Source: Eledone cirrhosa (Eukaryota). Taken from it: DNA of 64,000 nt. The notes under the pieces are model-generated. The model made no database searches. It was not told where the DNA came from and saw only the letters and a program-made list of their open reading frames with translations. Position numbers and translations under genes: made by a program. Each line of letters opens with the position of its first letter. Position 1 is the first letter of the stretch. This document shows, piece by piece, positions 1 to 14,000 of the stretch. Location of the stretch: NCBI GenBank assembly GCA_964016885.1, contig OZ024744.1, positions 4,712,001 through 4,776,000 of the forward strand, given 5' to 3'.

Positions 1-2967
1 TATATCACAACACACTACAATATATAACACCACACTACAGTATATCACACCACACTACACTATACCACACCACATTACCATATACCACACATCACTACAG
101 TATGCCACACCACACTACAATATATCACACCACACTACAATATACAACACCACACTACACTATATCACACGACACTACAATATATCACACGACACTACAA
201 TATATCACACCACACTACTATATACCACATCACACTACAATGTACCACACCACAATACAATATCCCACAGCACACTACTCTAGACTACAATATATCACAT
301 CACACTACAACATACCACACCGCATTACAGTATACCACACCACACCACACCACACTACAATATATCACACCACACTACAATATATCACACCACACTTTAA
401 TATATCTCACCACACTACAATATACCACATCACACTACACTAAACCATACCACACTACATTATAGCACACCACACTACTATATACCACATCACACTACAC
501 TATATCACACCAAGCTTCAATATACTACACAACACTACGCTATACCACACCACACTACAATATACTACACCACACTACTATATATCACATCACACTACAA
601 TATACCAAACCACGCTACAATATACTACAAAACACTACGCTAAACCACACCACACTACACTTTATCACACCCCACTACAATATACTACACCACACTACAA
701 TATACCACACCTCACTACACTTTATCACACCCCACTACAATATACTACACCACACTACAATATACCACACCACATTACAATATAAAACAGCACATTACTA
801 TATATACCACCACACTACAATATACCACCCCACACTAACCTATATCAAACTACACTACAGTATGCCACACCACACTACAATACATCACATCACACTACAA
901 TATATCACATCACACTAGAGTATACTACACCGCACTACAATATACCACACCACACTAGACTATACCACACCACACTACAGTATATCCCCCCACACTATAC
1001 CATACCACACTACACTATATCAGAACACACTGCGATATACCACATCACACTACAATATACCACATCACACTACGATATACCACACCACACAACACTATAT
1101 CACAATACTAGATATCACACCACACTACATTATATCACACCACACTACAATATATAACACCACACTACAGTATATCACACCACACTACACTATACCACAC
1201 CACACTACACTATACCACACCACACTACCATATACCACACATCACTACAATATGCCACACCACACTACAATATAACACACCACACTACATTATATCACAC
1301 TGCACTATGTTACACTACACTACACTGTATCACAACACATTACAATATACCGCACCACACTAAACTATATTACACTACACTATACCACACCACAGTACAA
1401 TATATCACACCACACTACAATATACAGCACCACACTACACTATATCACACGTCACTACAATATATCACACGACACTACGATATATCACACCACAATACAA
1501 TATACCACAGGATACTACTCCAGACTACAATATATCACATCACACTACAATATACCACACTGCATTACAGTATACCACACCACACCACACCACACTACAA
1601 TATATCACACCACACTATAATATATCTCACCACACTACAATATACCACGCTGCAGTATATCACACCACACTACACTATATCACAACGTACTACAATATAT
1701 CACATCACACACCACTATATCACATCACACTACAGTATATCACACCACACTACACGCTATCACACCAAACTAATATATACCACACCACACTAGAATATAT
1801 CACATCAAACTACAATATATCACACCGCACTACATTATAACACACCACACTACAATATATCACACAATACTACACTCTAACACACCCCATTACAATATAC
1901 CACACCACACTACAATATACCACATCACACTACACTAAACCATACCACACTACATTATACCACACCACACTACTATATACCACATCACACTACACTATAT
2001 CATACCACGCTTCAATATACTACACAACACTACGCTATACCACACCACACTACAATATACTACACCACACTACTATATATCACATCATACTACAATATAC
2101 CACACCACGCTACAATATACTACACAACACTACGCTAAACCACACCACACTACACTTCATCACACCCCACTACAATATACTACACCACACTACAATATAC
2201 CACACCACACTACAATATAAAACACCACATTACTATATATACCACCACGCTACAATATACTACCCCACACTAACCTATATCAAACTACACTACAGTATGC
2301 CACACCACACTACAATATATCACATCACACTACAATATATCACACCACACTACAATATATCTCACTACGCTACAATATATCACACCACACTACACTATAT
2401 TACACCACACTACAGTATACCACACCACACTACACTATATCACATCACACTACCATATACCATACCTCACTACAATATGCCACACCACACTACAATATAC
2501 CACACCACACTACAATATATCTCAACCACACTTCAATATATCACACGACACTACTGTATACTACACCGTACTACCATATACCACACCACACTAGACTATA
2601 CCACACCACACTGCACTATCTCCCACCACACTATCTCCCACCACACTATACCGCACCACACTACAATATATCACACCACACTACAATATATCCCACCACG
2701 CTACAATATATCACACTGCACAACAATATATAACACCACACTACACTATATCACACCACACTACACTACACTATATCACATCACACTACCATATGCCACA
2801 CCTCACTACAATATACCACACTACAATATATCAAACCACACTACAATATATCACACCACATTACACTATACTACACCGCACTTCAATATACCACACCACA
2901 CTAGACTATACCACACCACACTACATTATATCCCACCACCACACCACACTACAATATACCACACCAT
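1..2967. repeat. Degenerate pentamer-based satellite, 20-bp unit ACACCACACTACAATATA(T/C)C, left segment (runs off window start)
   Basis: Continuous 5-bp words (CACAC, TACAA/TACAC, TATAT/TATAC) in a 20-bp period; G is rare on the + strand; stops abruptly at the LTR. Confidence 0.97.
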
Positions 2968-3337
2968 TTTAGGCGGGGTGCTCGTCGGTCATCCCGTCTT
3001 ATGGGTTATTGTTTACTGGCTGGCACATCATCAAACAAAAAAGAACAGACCTCAATATTATGTTACGTGAACATTTTAATTAAAGCAAATCATAATACTG
3101 GTTAACACATCAGTGCTCCAAGTTTGGGTAGTGGTTCATTTTCGTATTATGCCACGACCAAATGGTGTGATGTCGCTGCGTGGTTCAACTGCACGGGGAC
3201 TAGCACGTCTGTTGTCTCCGAGCTGCCATGGTCAGAGTGTTGTCGTCTCAGCAACTGACTTCAGAACGTGACGTCTGAACTAAGGGCAGTTAATCGACTG
3301 GCTTCACAGTCGACGCCAGATGGCGTAATCTTCTACA
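2968..3337 (-). repeat. 3' LTR (370 bp)
   Basis: Direct repeat of 7686-8044; on the minus strand it begins TGTAGAAGAT and ends CCCCGCCTAAA. Left boundary uncertain by 1 bp (T run). Confidence 0.95.
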
Positions 3338-3350
3338 TTGCTTCCCACAA
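3338..3350 (-). promoter_or_regulatory. Degenerate polypurine tract (PPT) candidate
   Basis: Minus strand reads TTGTGGGAAGCAA immediately before the TGTAG of the 3' LTR; position is right but the purine run is interrupted. Confidence 0.5.
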
Positions 3351-3699
3351 GATTTTTATAAAATTAAATAAAAATCGGTTCATCGAATCATGTATGTAGA
3401 AAAACCGATTAGCAACCATTAAAATTCCCAACCCAAGGAGAAATCAGCCCAACCGAGCATGAAGGGCACAACAGATTTCAAAAATACATATTATAAAACC
3501 ATGCAAGAACGTGAAACGAAAAAAAAACAAAAAAAAAACAATATAATGAGATGTAATTACAATTTCCTAAAAGTTCCAAAAGACACTACAGGATTAAAGC
3601 ACCACACAATAGCAGTTTCAAAATATACCCTGCTACACAGTTTTTTTTGGCCAATGAACCCTCCGAGCGGAACGGATCGTAGTCTTATATCTTGGTGAT

Positions 3700-4650
3700 T
3701 CACAAAGAAGCAGGTGTGTGTGCGAGAGAAAAAGACGGGGGCGTTTGTGGATCAGGTGCGATAACATATGTATCCAAATGTGCTTGTTTGAGTCTATCAA
3801 TCGAAACCGTCTCTCTGGAACCCTTAATGTCTACAGTGAAATGTTTCTCTGAACGAGCTAATACACGGTAGGGTCCAGAGTATGGTTGTGTAAGAGGTGG
3901 TTTCACAGCATCGTTTGTCACAAACACATGGTTCCACGAGGCAATATCCCTCGGGACTGCAAATTGTACAGTTTGCTTCCTCGTATCCATTGGCGGCAGG
4001 TCCTGAAAATAAGAACGCAGACGGGATACGTAGGAAAGCGGATCTTGTTCAGCAAAATCGACAGGGGCAAGCATTTGCCCAGGTAACGCTAGAGGAGCAC
4101 CATATAACTATTCGGCCTTTATTGTTGACTGAATCCCCAACAACACAATAGGGAGGTACTCGCTCCAGCGCGTAGAGTCAGGAGAAGTCCGTAGAGCGGC
4201 TTTCAGTTGTCGGTGGAAGCGCTCTACCATTCCATTAGAGGCAGGATGATATGCTGTAGTTCGGAAGCGTTTAGCGCCGATGATCTTCGTCAATTCATGG
4301 AAGAGGTTAGATTCAAACTGTCTTCCACGGTCCGTTGTAATCGTAGTTTGTACTCCATATCGAGCGATCCATCTAGACACAAGGGCACGCGCTGTGGTCT
4401 CAGCAGTGATATCCCTCAAGGGGATGGCTTCAAGCCATCGCGAAAAACGATCGATTACAGTCAATAAGTAATTGTAACCACCGCTGATGGGCCAAGGTCC
4501 CACGATGTCCATATGAATGTGGCCAAACCGTGCGTCTGGGTTACTAAAGGTACCAAGAGGTGTCTTAATATGTCTATGAACTTTCGATTTCTTGTAAGCA
4601 ACACAGGAACGGCACCAGACAGTAATTTCACGTCTCATATTTGGATCCAC
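3700..4650 (-). pseudogene. pol: Retrotransposon integrase (rve DDE core plus GPY/F module), disrupted
   Basis: [38 protein letters not shown], and PYSGPYRV in ORF 3700-4074; in-frame stop at 4108-4110 separates the two ORFs; N-terminal zinc-finger half missing. Confidence 0.95.
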
Positions 4651-5184
4651 CCGTCTTCGCTCAGTAAAGGTAGGTATTTCATCCTGCAATTCACAAATTC
4701 AGGTGATGTAACATCCAACAATTCTAGGGTAGGCTGATCGGCTGCCAAGCGATTCAAATCTATGTCATCGGGCGACGAGATTGAAGTAATCGGTAAACGA
4801 GACAGGGCGTCGGCCGCTGTATTCATATAACGCGGAATATGTTGAATGTCATTCGTAAACTGAGATGAGATCAAGATGTCTCTTTTCTCTAGGTGAGTAT
4901 TTGTCTGCCTTTGCTTGCAAGTAAACGTTCTTTCCTCATGAAAAATGTTTCAGCGATAAATATATTGCTAGCAACTCCTGTCCAAAGGTGCTGTAGCGGG
5001 TTTCGGCAGGTTTCAGCTTCCTGGAGAAAAATTCCAACGGTTGCTGTTGATCGTTTCCATTTTGCTGCAAAACCGCGCCCACGGCAGTATCCGACGCATC
5101 AACACAAAGCGTAAGCTTAGCGTTGGACACTGGGTGAGCTAGCAAATATGCATTGGCTCTCAAAATCCTGGAGCTGAATTTCAT
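4651..5184 (-). pseudogene. pol: RNase H domain and RH-IN linker, disrupted
   Basis: LCVDASDTAVGAVLQQ, FFSRKLKPAETRYSTFGQELLAIY, NTAADALSR; split by frameshifts and lacking the TDHKPL-type motif. Confidence 0.93.
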
Positions 5185-6053
5185 TCAAAGAAATGTCTCT
5201 ATTTTTCTTTCGACAATTTTCAAAATTTCCGTCGCGGAGAAAAGGAGCTTAGCACTATTAGGCACAAACCGCCTATAAAAAATTAATCAGCCCCAAGAAT
5301 TGGCGCAACTGACGAGGTGAGGTTGGTGGAGGCAAATCCTCTATAGCTTTGACGGTATTCTACCTATACCTGAAAGAGTTAGAGTCAATGACGTGACCCA
5401 AAAAATTCAAAGATTCGGAACCCAAAACACATTTTGACGGATTAATCCGAACATTGTAATTCTTTAAACGACAAAATAAAAGTTCCAGATGGCGCAAATG
5501 CTGCTCTGGGGAAGATCTTGCAACAAGAAGGTCATCAATGTAGGTGTATACAAAGTCGAGGCCACGAGTGACCTCATCCATAAATCGCTGGAAGGTGCTA
5601 GCAGCATTTCTTAACCCGAAAGGCATGGTGAGAAATTCGAAATATCCAAATGGCGTAGTTATAGCCGTTTTCGGGATGTCGTCTCTATTGACATGAATCT
5701 GGTTATAGGCTCGTATCAAATCGAGCTTCGAAAAAATGTTTCAACCTTGCAACGAGGATGCAAAATCATGCAAATGAGGGATAGGATACCGATCCGGTAC
5801 GGTCATCAAGTTCAATCTTCTATAATCTCCTGTGGGTCTCCAATCGCCAGAAGATGTTGGCACCATATGTAATGGAGATGCCCACGGACTCGTGGAAGGA
5901 CGAATAATTCCGAGCTGTAGCATATGATCGAACTCGGACCGTGCTTCTTTCTGTTTGTCCGCTGGCAATCGACAACTGTAGTAATAAAATGTTCCGTAGC
6001 GTGGCCTGGATCAGTGACTTTAAAAATGTCATGAGTCAGTTGCGGGAACGATT
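5185..6053 (-). pseudogene. pol: Reverse transcriptase domain and connection region, disrupted
   Basis: [67 protein letters not shown] across ORFs 5741-5968 and 5360-5719. Confidence 0.96.
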
Positions 6054-6523
6054 TCAACAGTCCATGATATAAGTTTCCAGAGTTAGCAATGAAGAAAGTC
6101 GGGCTAATTGTAGAAAATTTCGCCGTCCTGCCACGAAGAGAAAACCAGTAATATCGTCAATCAGGCGTTGGTGACGAACGTCCACCGTCAAAGAAAAATG
6201 GTGCATGAAGTCCGCGCCCAAAATCGGGTATGGCAGATCAGTAACAGTGAGTACCATTTGAAATCCCGACGAAGATTTCGGAATTTAAGAGGAAGCGAGA
6301 TCTGTCCAAAAGTTCTGATTGTTGACTGGTTGACAGCTTGCAATTCGATCAACGACTCAGGAGGAGTTACTGTCATAGTATTAACAGGACAAATACTGCA
6401 CGAAGCTCCTGTGTCCACTAGGAAGGCTCTTCCAGACAGGAGGTCCTTAATGAAGAAATGGCGGTTCCGTTTTGTATCACAGAGTTCACTAGCCGCCTTT
6501 ATTGACTCTGGTCCACATTTCCC
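6054..6523 (-). pseudogene. pol: Aspartic protease (retropepsin) region at the start of pol, frameshifted
   Basis: Frame open from 6523 reads GKCGPESIKAASELCDTKRNRHFFIKDLLSGRAFLVDTGASCS; PILGADFM follows in a shifted frame (ORF 6054-6257). Confidence 0.9.
6460..6523 (-). promoter_or_regulatory. Candidate gag-pol -1 ribosomal frameshift signal: slippery heptamer G GGA AAT plus downstream stem/pseudoknot
   Basis: Heptamer at 6523-6517 is in gag codon phase; the -1 frame is open into the DTGA protease; 6-nt spacer, then CAGAGT/ACTCTG stem with loop GGCGG complementary to downstream CCGCC. Confidence 0.7.
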
Positions 6524-7286
6524 GCGGCCGAATAATTACACGGAGGCCGGCAATGATCTGCCTTATTCACATAGGTAGCATGATACCAGCACAATGATTG
6601 GTTACTGGCGGGCGAAGTAGTACGCCGACGTGGAGTCGCGAAAGAACGCGAACGACTCCTAGGCCGCCGGGAATACTGCCTATTCTCTCTGCACAATCGA
6701 GCAACTTGCTGCGTCAAAGCGTCAATAGCATTCAACACGGCATCCTCGCGTGTCGAGACAGGCTGGTTCAAATGAGAGGAAGCGGTACGCGAGTCCTAGG
6801 CGGTAGCCTTTTTAGAAAATTCCACGATTCGATCCGCGGTGGCAGCAATTTGCTCCAAAGAGCTGGTGTCTACTATATTTACCAAAATAATTTGGACGTT
6901 GTTTGGCAGGCGAGAGAAAATTAGTTTCTTATAAAAGAATTTTCCTGTTGAGGCGATTCACTGAGGTCCCTAATGTGGCGCAAAAATTTGGAGGGCGACC
7001 TATCGCCTAGACACTCATCCTCCAACAATGAACGAAATCTGCTCTCAGCAGAACGACTGTTCCTTCGAAGAATTTCTTCCCGCAATGAATCATAAGAAAT
7101 ATCTGCCGACGGGTGCATAATCAAATCTTTCACTGTTACAGCGAGTGAAGAAAGAATACCACTTATCAAAAAGTTGAGCTTTTTCTCGGTTTTTACTTCG
7201 TTGGCAGCAAAATAAGCGTCGAGCTGCGCAAACCAGAGCTTAGTATCACCTGAGAACGCAGGCAAACCAGGACCACTCATCGTCAA
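6499..7286 (-). pseudogene. gag: Gag (capsid-like N-terminus, RS-rich tract, CHCC nucleocapsid motif), disrupted
   Basis: LPAFSGDTKLWFAQLDAYF, LGDRSPSKFLRHI, RSRSRS, CWYHATYVNKADHCRPPC; stop at 6921-6923 and a frameshift between the two ORFs. Confidence 0.9.
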
Positions 7287-7665
7287 TGGACGAGTAAAAG
7301 TAAGTAATGTTCAAAACGACGGGAAAACAGTACAGTTTTCCCTAAATATCCATTAAGTTTCCCCAAGCAAAAGAAGTTCAGTCACAGTACAAGAAATAGC
7401 AGCGAAAATCCAAAAGGCAGAATCTGTGGAACAAGCTAGCAAATATCAAACAAGATGGCGTCGCATTTCTTTTCCAAAACAAGAATATGGTCGCGTGATG
7501 AGGCTAAGCCAATCAGATGGCCGCATTTGAAGAAGAAAGACAATGGGCGGGAATGTTAGCTGGCCAGTCAGGCATGTTGGAAAAACATTTTTTCTTTTTG
7601 TGTAAGACGAACAATTTTCAATTTAAAAACGAATGGCGGAGTTAAGTAGGCTGCGCTTTCATATT

Positions 7666-7684
7666 TAACCGTCGAGCGTCACCC
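7666..7684 (-). promoter_or_regulatory. Degenerate primer-binding site, tRNA-Trp-like
   Basis: Minus strand GGGTGACGCTCGACGGTTA lies next to the 5' LTR and resembles the tRNA-Trp PBS TGGTGACCCCGACGTGAT (GGTGAC and CGACG shared). Confidence 0.65.
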
Positions 7685-7685
7685 T

Positions 7686-8044
7686 TTTAGGCGGGGTGCC
7701 ACTCGGTCATCCCGTCTAATTGGTTATTGTTTACTGGCTGGCACATCATCAAACAAAAAAGGAGATACCTCAAGATTATTTTACGTGAACATTTTAATTA
7801 AAGCAAATCATAATACTGGTTAACACATCAGTGCTCCAATGTTGGGTAGTGGTTCATTATCGTATTATGCCACGACCGCATGGTGTGATGTCGCTGTGTG
7901 GATAGCTGCACGGAGATTAGCACGTATGTGTCTACGAGCTGCCATGGTCAGAGTGTTGTAGTCTCAGCAACTGATGTTAGAACGTGAGGTCAGAACGTAA
8001 TAGACTGGCTTCACGGTCGACGCTAGATGGCGTGATCTTCTACA
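7686..8044 (-). repeat. 5' LTR (359 bp)
   Basis: Direct repeat of 2968-3337 with about 32 substitutions and three indels (9+1+1 bp) by manual alignment, about 91% identity. Confidence 0.95.
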
Positions 8045-11000
8045 GTACAATATACCACACCACACTACAATATACGACACCACACTGCAATATGCCACAT
8101 CACACTACAATATATCAGACCACACTACAATATAACACATCACACCACAATATATCACACCATACTACAATATACCACACCACACTACACTATACGAGAC
8201 CAAACTACACTATATCACACCACACTACAATATACTACACCCCACTACAATATACTACACCACACTACAATATACCACATCCAACTACAATATACTAAAC
8301 CACACTACAATATACTACACCACACTACAATATACCACACTACAATATAGCAGACCACAATACATTATTTCAAATCACACTACACTATACCACACCACAC
8401 TACACGGTATCACTCCAAACTAAAATATACCACACCTTACTACAATATATAACATCACACTACAATATATCACACAGCACTACAATATACCACACAACAC
8501 AACACTATACCACATCAACTACAATATACCATATCTCACTACATTATACCACACCACAGTACTATATACGACATCACAATACACTATATCATACCACACA
8601 CCACTACGCTGTAGCACACCTCAGTACACTTTATCACACACCACTACAATATAATACACCACACTACAGTATACTACACCACACTAAAATATACCACACT
8701 GCAATATACCACACCCCATTACTATATATCCCACCACACTACAATATATCACTCCACACTACAGTATAGCACACCACACTACAATATACCACACTACAAT
8801 GTATTACAACCTACTACAATGTATCGCATCGCACTACACTATATCACATCACACTACAATATCTCACACTACACTACACGCTATCACACCATACTGCAAT
8901 ACACCACACCATACTACAATATATCACATCACACTACAATATATCACACCGCACTAGAATATACAACACTACACTACAATGTATCACACCACACAACAAT
9001 ATACCACATCAGCCTACAATATACGACACCACACTACATTATACCACACCACACTACTATATACCACATCACAGTACACTATACCACACCACACTACAAT
9101 ATACCACACCACACTACAATATATCACACCACACTACAATATACCAAACCATAATACAATATATCACACCACACTACAATATACTACACCACACTACAAT
9201 ATACCACACTACAATATAGCAGACCACAATACATTATTTCACATCACACTACACGATACCACACCACACTACAATATAACACGCCACATTACAGTATACC
9301 ACACCACACTACACTATACCACACCAAACTACAATATATCACACAACATTATAATATACCAAACCACATTAGAGTATATCACACCATACTACAATATATC
9401 ACACCACACTAAAATATATCAAACCACACTACAATATACCACACTACAGTATATCACACCATACTACAATATACCACACTACAATATATGACAAACTACT
9501 ACAATATATCGCATCGCAATGCACAATTTCACATCACACTACAATATATCACACCACACTACACGGTATCACTCCAAACTAAAATATACCACACCTTACT
9601 ACAATATATAACATCACACTACAATATATCACACAGCACTACAATATACCACACAACACAACACTATACCACATCAACTACAATATACCATACCACACTA
9701 CATTATACCACACCACATTACTATATATCCCACCACACTACAATATACCACTCCACACTACACTATATCAAACCACACTACAATATACCACACCACGCTA
9801 CACTATATTACATCACACGACCATATACCACACCTCGCTACAATATGCCACACCACACTACAATATACCACACCACACTACAATATATCAAACCACAGTA
9901 CAATATATCCCACTACACTATACCACACCACACTACAATATATCAGACCACACTATACCACACGACACTACAATATATCTGACCACACTAGAATATATGA
10001 ACATCACGCTACAATATATCACACCGCACTACATTATACCACATCACATTACAATAAACCACATCACACTACAATATACCACATCACACTACAATATACC
10101 ACACCACACTACATTATATCCAATCACACTAGTATACATCACACCACACTACAGTATATCACACCACACTACAATATATCACACCACACTACAGTATATC
10201 ACACACACTACAACATACCACACGCCACTACCATATATCACACCGCACTACACTATACCACACACCACTACACTGTATTACGCTACGCTACACTATGTCA
10301 CAACAAACTACAATATACCACGCCACACTACAATATAACACACCACACCACAATATATAACACCACACTTCAATATACCACACCACACTACACTATATCA
10401 CACCACACTACAATATACCACGCCGCACTACAATATAACACACCACACCACAATATATCACACCACACTTCAATATACCACACCACACTACACTATACGA
10501 CACCACACTACAATATATCACACCACACTGCAATATACTACACCCCACTACAATATACTACACCACACTACAATATACCAAACCACACTAATATATAACA
10601 CACCACACTACACTATAACACACCACACATCAATATACCACACCACACTACAAGATATCACACCACACTACCATATACCACACCACACTTCAATAAACTA
10701 CACCACACTACAATAAACCACATCACACAACAATATACCAAACCACACTGCTTAATATCACAACACACTACAATATACTACACCACACTACAATATACGA
10801 TCCTACAATATAGCAGACGACAAATCATTATTTCGCATCAGACTACACTATACCACACCACACTACAATATAACACACCACACTACAATATACCACACCA
10901 CACTACACTATGTCACACCAGACTACAATATACCACACCACACTACAATATACCATACCACACTTCAATATACTACACCAAACTACAATATATCATGACA

Positions 11001-14000
11001 CATTATAATTTACCACACCAAATTACAGTATACCACACCACACTAGAATATATCACACCACACTACAATATATCAAACCACACTACACTATATCACACCA
11101 CACTGCAATATATCCCACCACGTTACAATATATCACACTACAGTATATCATACAACACTACACTATATCACATCATACTACTATATATCACACCATACTA
11201 CAGTATATCACACCACACTGCAATATATCACAACCCACTGCAGTATATGCCACCACACTACAATATATCACACCTCATTATCATATATCATAGAACACAA
11301 CACTACACAATATTACGCTACACTACACTATATCACAACACACTACAATATACCACACCACACTACACTATATTAAACTACACTACAATATACCATAACA
11401 CACTAAAATATATCACAACACATTACATTATATCATACATTATATCATACAATATATGATACCCCACACTACAATATATCACACCAAACTACTATATACC
11501 ACACCCGACTACAATATAACACTCACAACACAATATATCACACTATACTACAATATACCACACCATACTACACTATACGACACGACACTCCACTATATCA
11601 CACCATACAGCATTATACTACACCCTACTACAATATACTACACCACACTGCAATGTACCGTACCACACTACAATATATCACACCGCACTACATTATACCA
11701 CACCCCACTACAATAAATCACACCACACTACAATATTCCACACCACACTACAGCATTCTACACCACACTGCAATATACCACATCACACTACAATATACCA
11801 AACCACACTAAAATATACCACACTACAATATAGCTGTCCACAATTCAATATTACACATCACATTACACTATATCACACCACACTACAATATACCACACCA
11901 CACTACACTATACCGCACCACACTACACTATAACACACCACACTACAATATTTCTCACCACAATGCAACATACCACTCAACATTACGACAAATCACATCA
12001 CACTTCAATATACCACACCACACCACACTACAATATATCACACCACATAACAATATACCACACCACATTACAGTATACCACACAACACTACACTAGATCA
12101 CACAATACTACAATATATCACACCATACAACAATATACCACACCACACTACACTATACGACACCATACTACACTATATCACACCACACTACAATATACTA
12201 CACCCCACTACAATATACCGTAACACACTGCAACATATCACACCTCAATACAATATACTACACCACACTACAATATACCAGACCACAATGCATTATTTCA
12301 CATCACACTACACTATACCATACCACACTATATTATACCACACCACACTACAGTATACCACAGCACACTACAATGTATCACACCACATTACTATATATCC
12401 CACCATACTACAATATACCAAACCACACTGAAATATGCCACACTACAATATAGCTGTCCACAATACATTATTTCACATCACACTACACTATACCACACCA
12501 CACTACAATATACCACACCACATTATAGTATACCACACCACACTACACTATAGCACACCACACCACAGTACAATATACTACACCACATTATAGTATACCA
12601 CACCACATTACAGTATACCACACCTCACTACAATATATCACACCACACTACAATATATCACACCACACTACAATATATATATACCACCACACTACAATAT
12701 ATCACAACACACTACAAAATAACAGACTACACTATATCATAACCTACTACAATATATTATTTCACACTACACTATATCACAACACACTACAATATATTAC
12801 TCCACACTACACTCTATCATATGACACTACAATATATCACACCGCACAACAATTTACCACACAACACTATACTATCCCACACCATACTATCACACCAGAC
12901 TATAATATACTACACAACACTACAATATACCACACAACAGTATGCCAGACCACATTACAATAGATCACACCAGACTACGATATATATCACCACAATACAA
13001 TATACCAGTCCACATTAGAATATATCACACCAGACTACAATATACCACACCACACTACACTATATAACATGACAATACAATATATCGCACGACACATTAA
13101 TATATCACACCACACTACAATATACCACATCACACAACAATATACCACACCACACTACTATATACCACACCACACTACAGTATAGAAAACCACACTACAA
13201 TATATCACACCACACTACAAAATATATACCAACACACTACAATATATCACACCACACTACAATATACCAGACTAAACTATAACACAAGCTACTACAATAT
13301 ATTACATCACACTACATCTATATCACATCACACTTCAATATACCACACCACATTACAATATACTACACCACACTAACATTTACTACGCCACACTACAATA
13401 TACCACACTATATTATACAACACCACACTACAATATACCATACACAATACACTATACCACACCACACTACAATATAGCACACAGCACTACGCTATACCGC
13501 ACCACACTACACTTTATCACACACCACTACAATATAATACACCACACTACAATATAATACCCCACACCACAATATACCACTCCGCACTATACTATATAAA
13601 ACCACACTACAGCCTACCATACCACACTAAAAAACATCAAACCAAACTACACTATATCACACCACACTACAATATATCCCACCACGCTACAATATATCAC
13701 ATTCCACTACAAAATATCATACCATACTCTACACTGTATCACACCACACTACAGTATACCAAACCACACTACACTATATCGCATCGCACTACCATATACC
13801 AGACATCACTACAATATGTCACACCACACTACAATATATAACACCACACAACAATATATAAAACCACAGTACAATATATCACACCACACTACAATATACC
13901 ACACCACATTACAGTATACAACACCACACTACAATATACTTCATCAACCTACAATATATCATAACATATTATAGTATACAACACTACATTATATCACACC

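Larger units (their letters stand above)
2968..8044 (-). mobile_element. Full-length degenerate Ty3/Gypsy LTR retrotransposon (about 5.08 kb), CsRn1/Kabuki/Boudicca-like clade
   Basis: Two direct LTRs flank Gag-PR-RT-RNaseH-IN in Gypsy order on the minus strand. Gag C-X2-H-X9-C-X3-C motif and tRNA-Trp-like PBS fit the CsRn1 clade. Many stops, frameshifts and deletions. Confidence 0.96.

Noticed and set aside
3459-6924. Plus-strand ORFs inside the retrotransposon (e.g. 3459-3698, 6168-6578, 6598-6924), possible env or antisense gene
   Set aside because: Short shadows of gag/pol or A-rich 3' UTR with no recognisable motif, signal peptide or transmembrane segment.
7984-8298. LTR-satellite fusion ORFs (7984-8298 and 2297-3070)
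   Set aside because: Chance read-through between LTR sequence and the stop-free satellite; no coding evidence.
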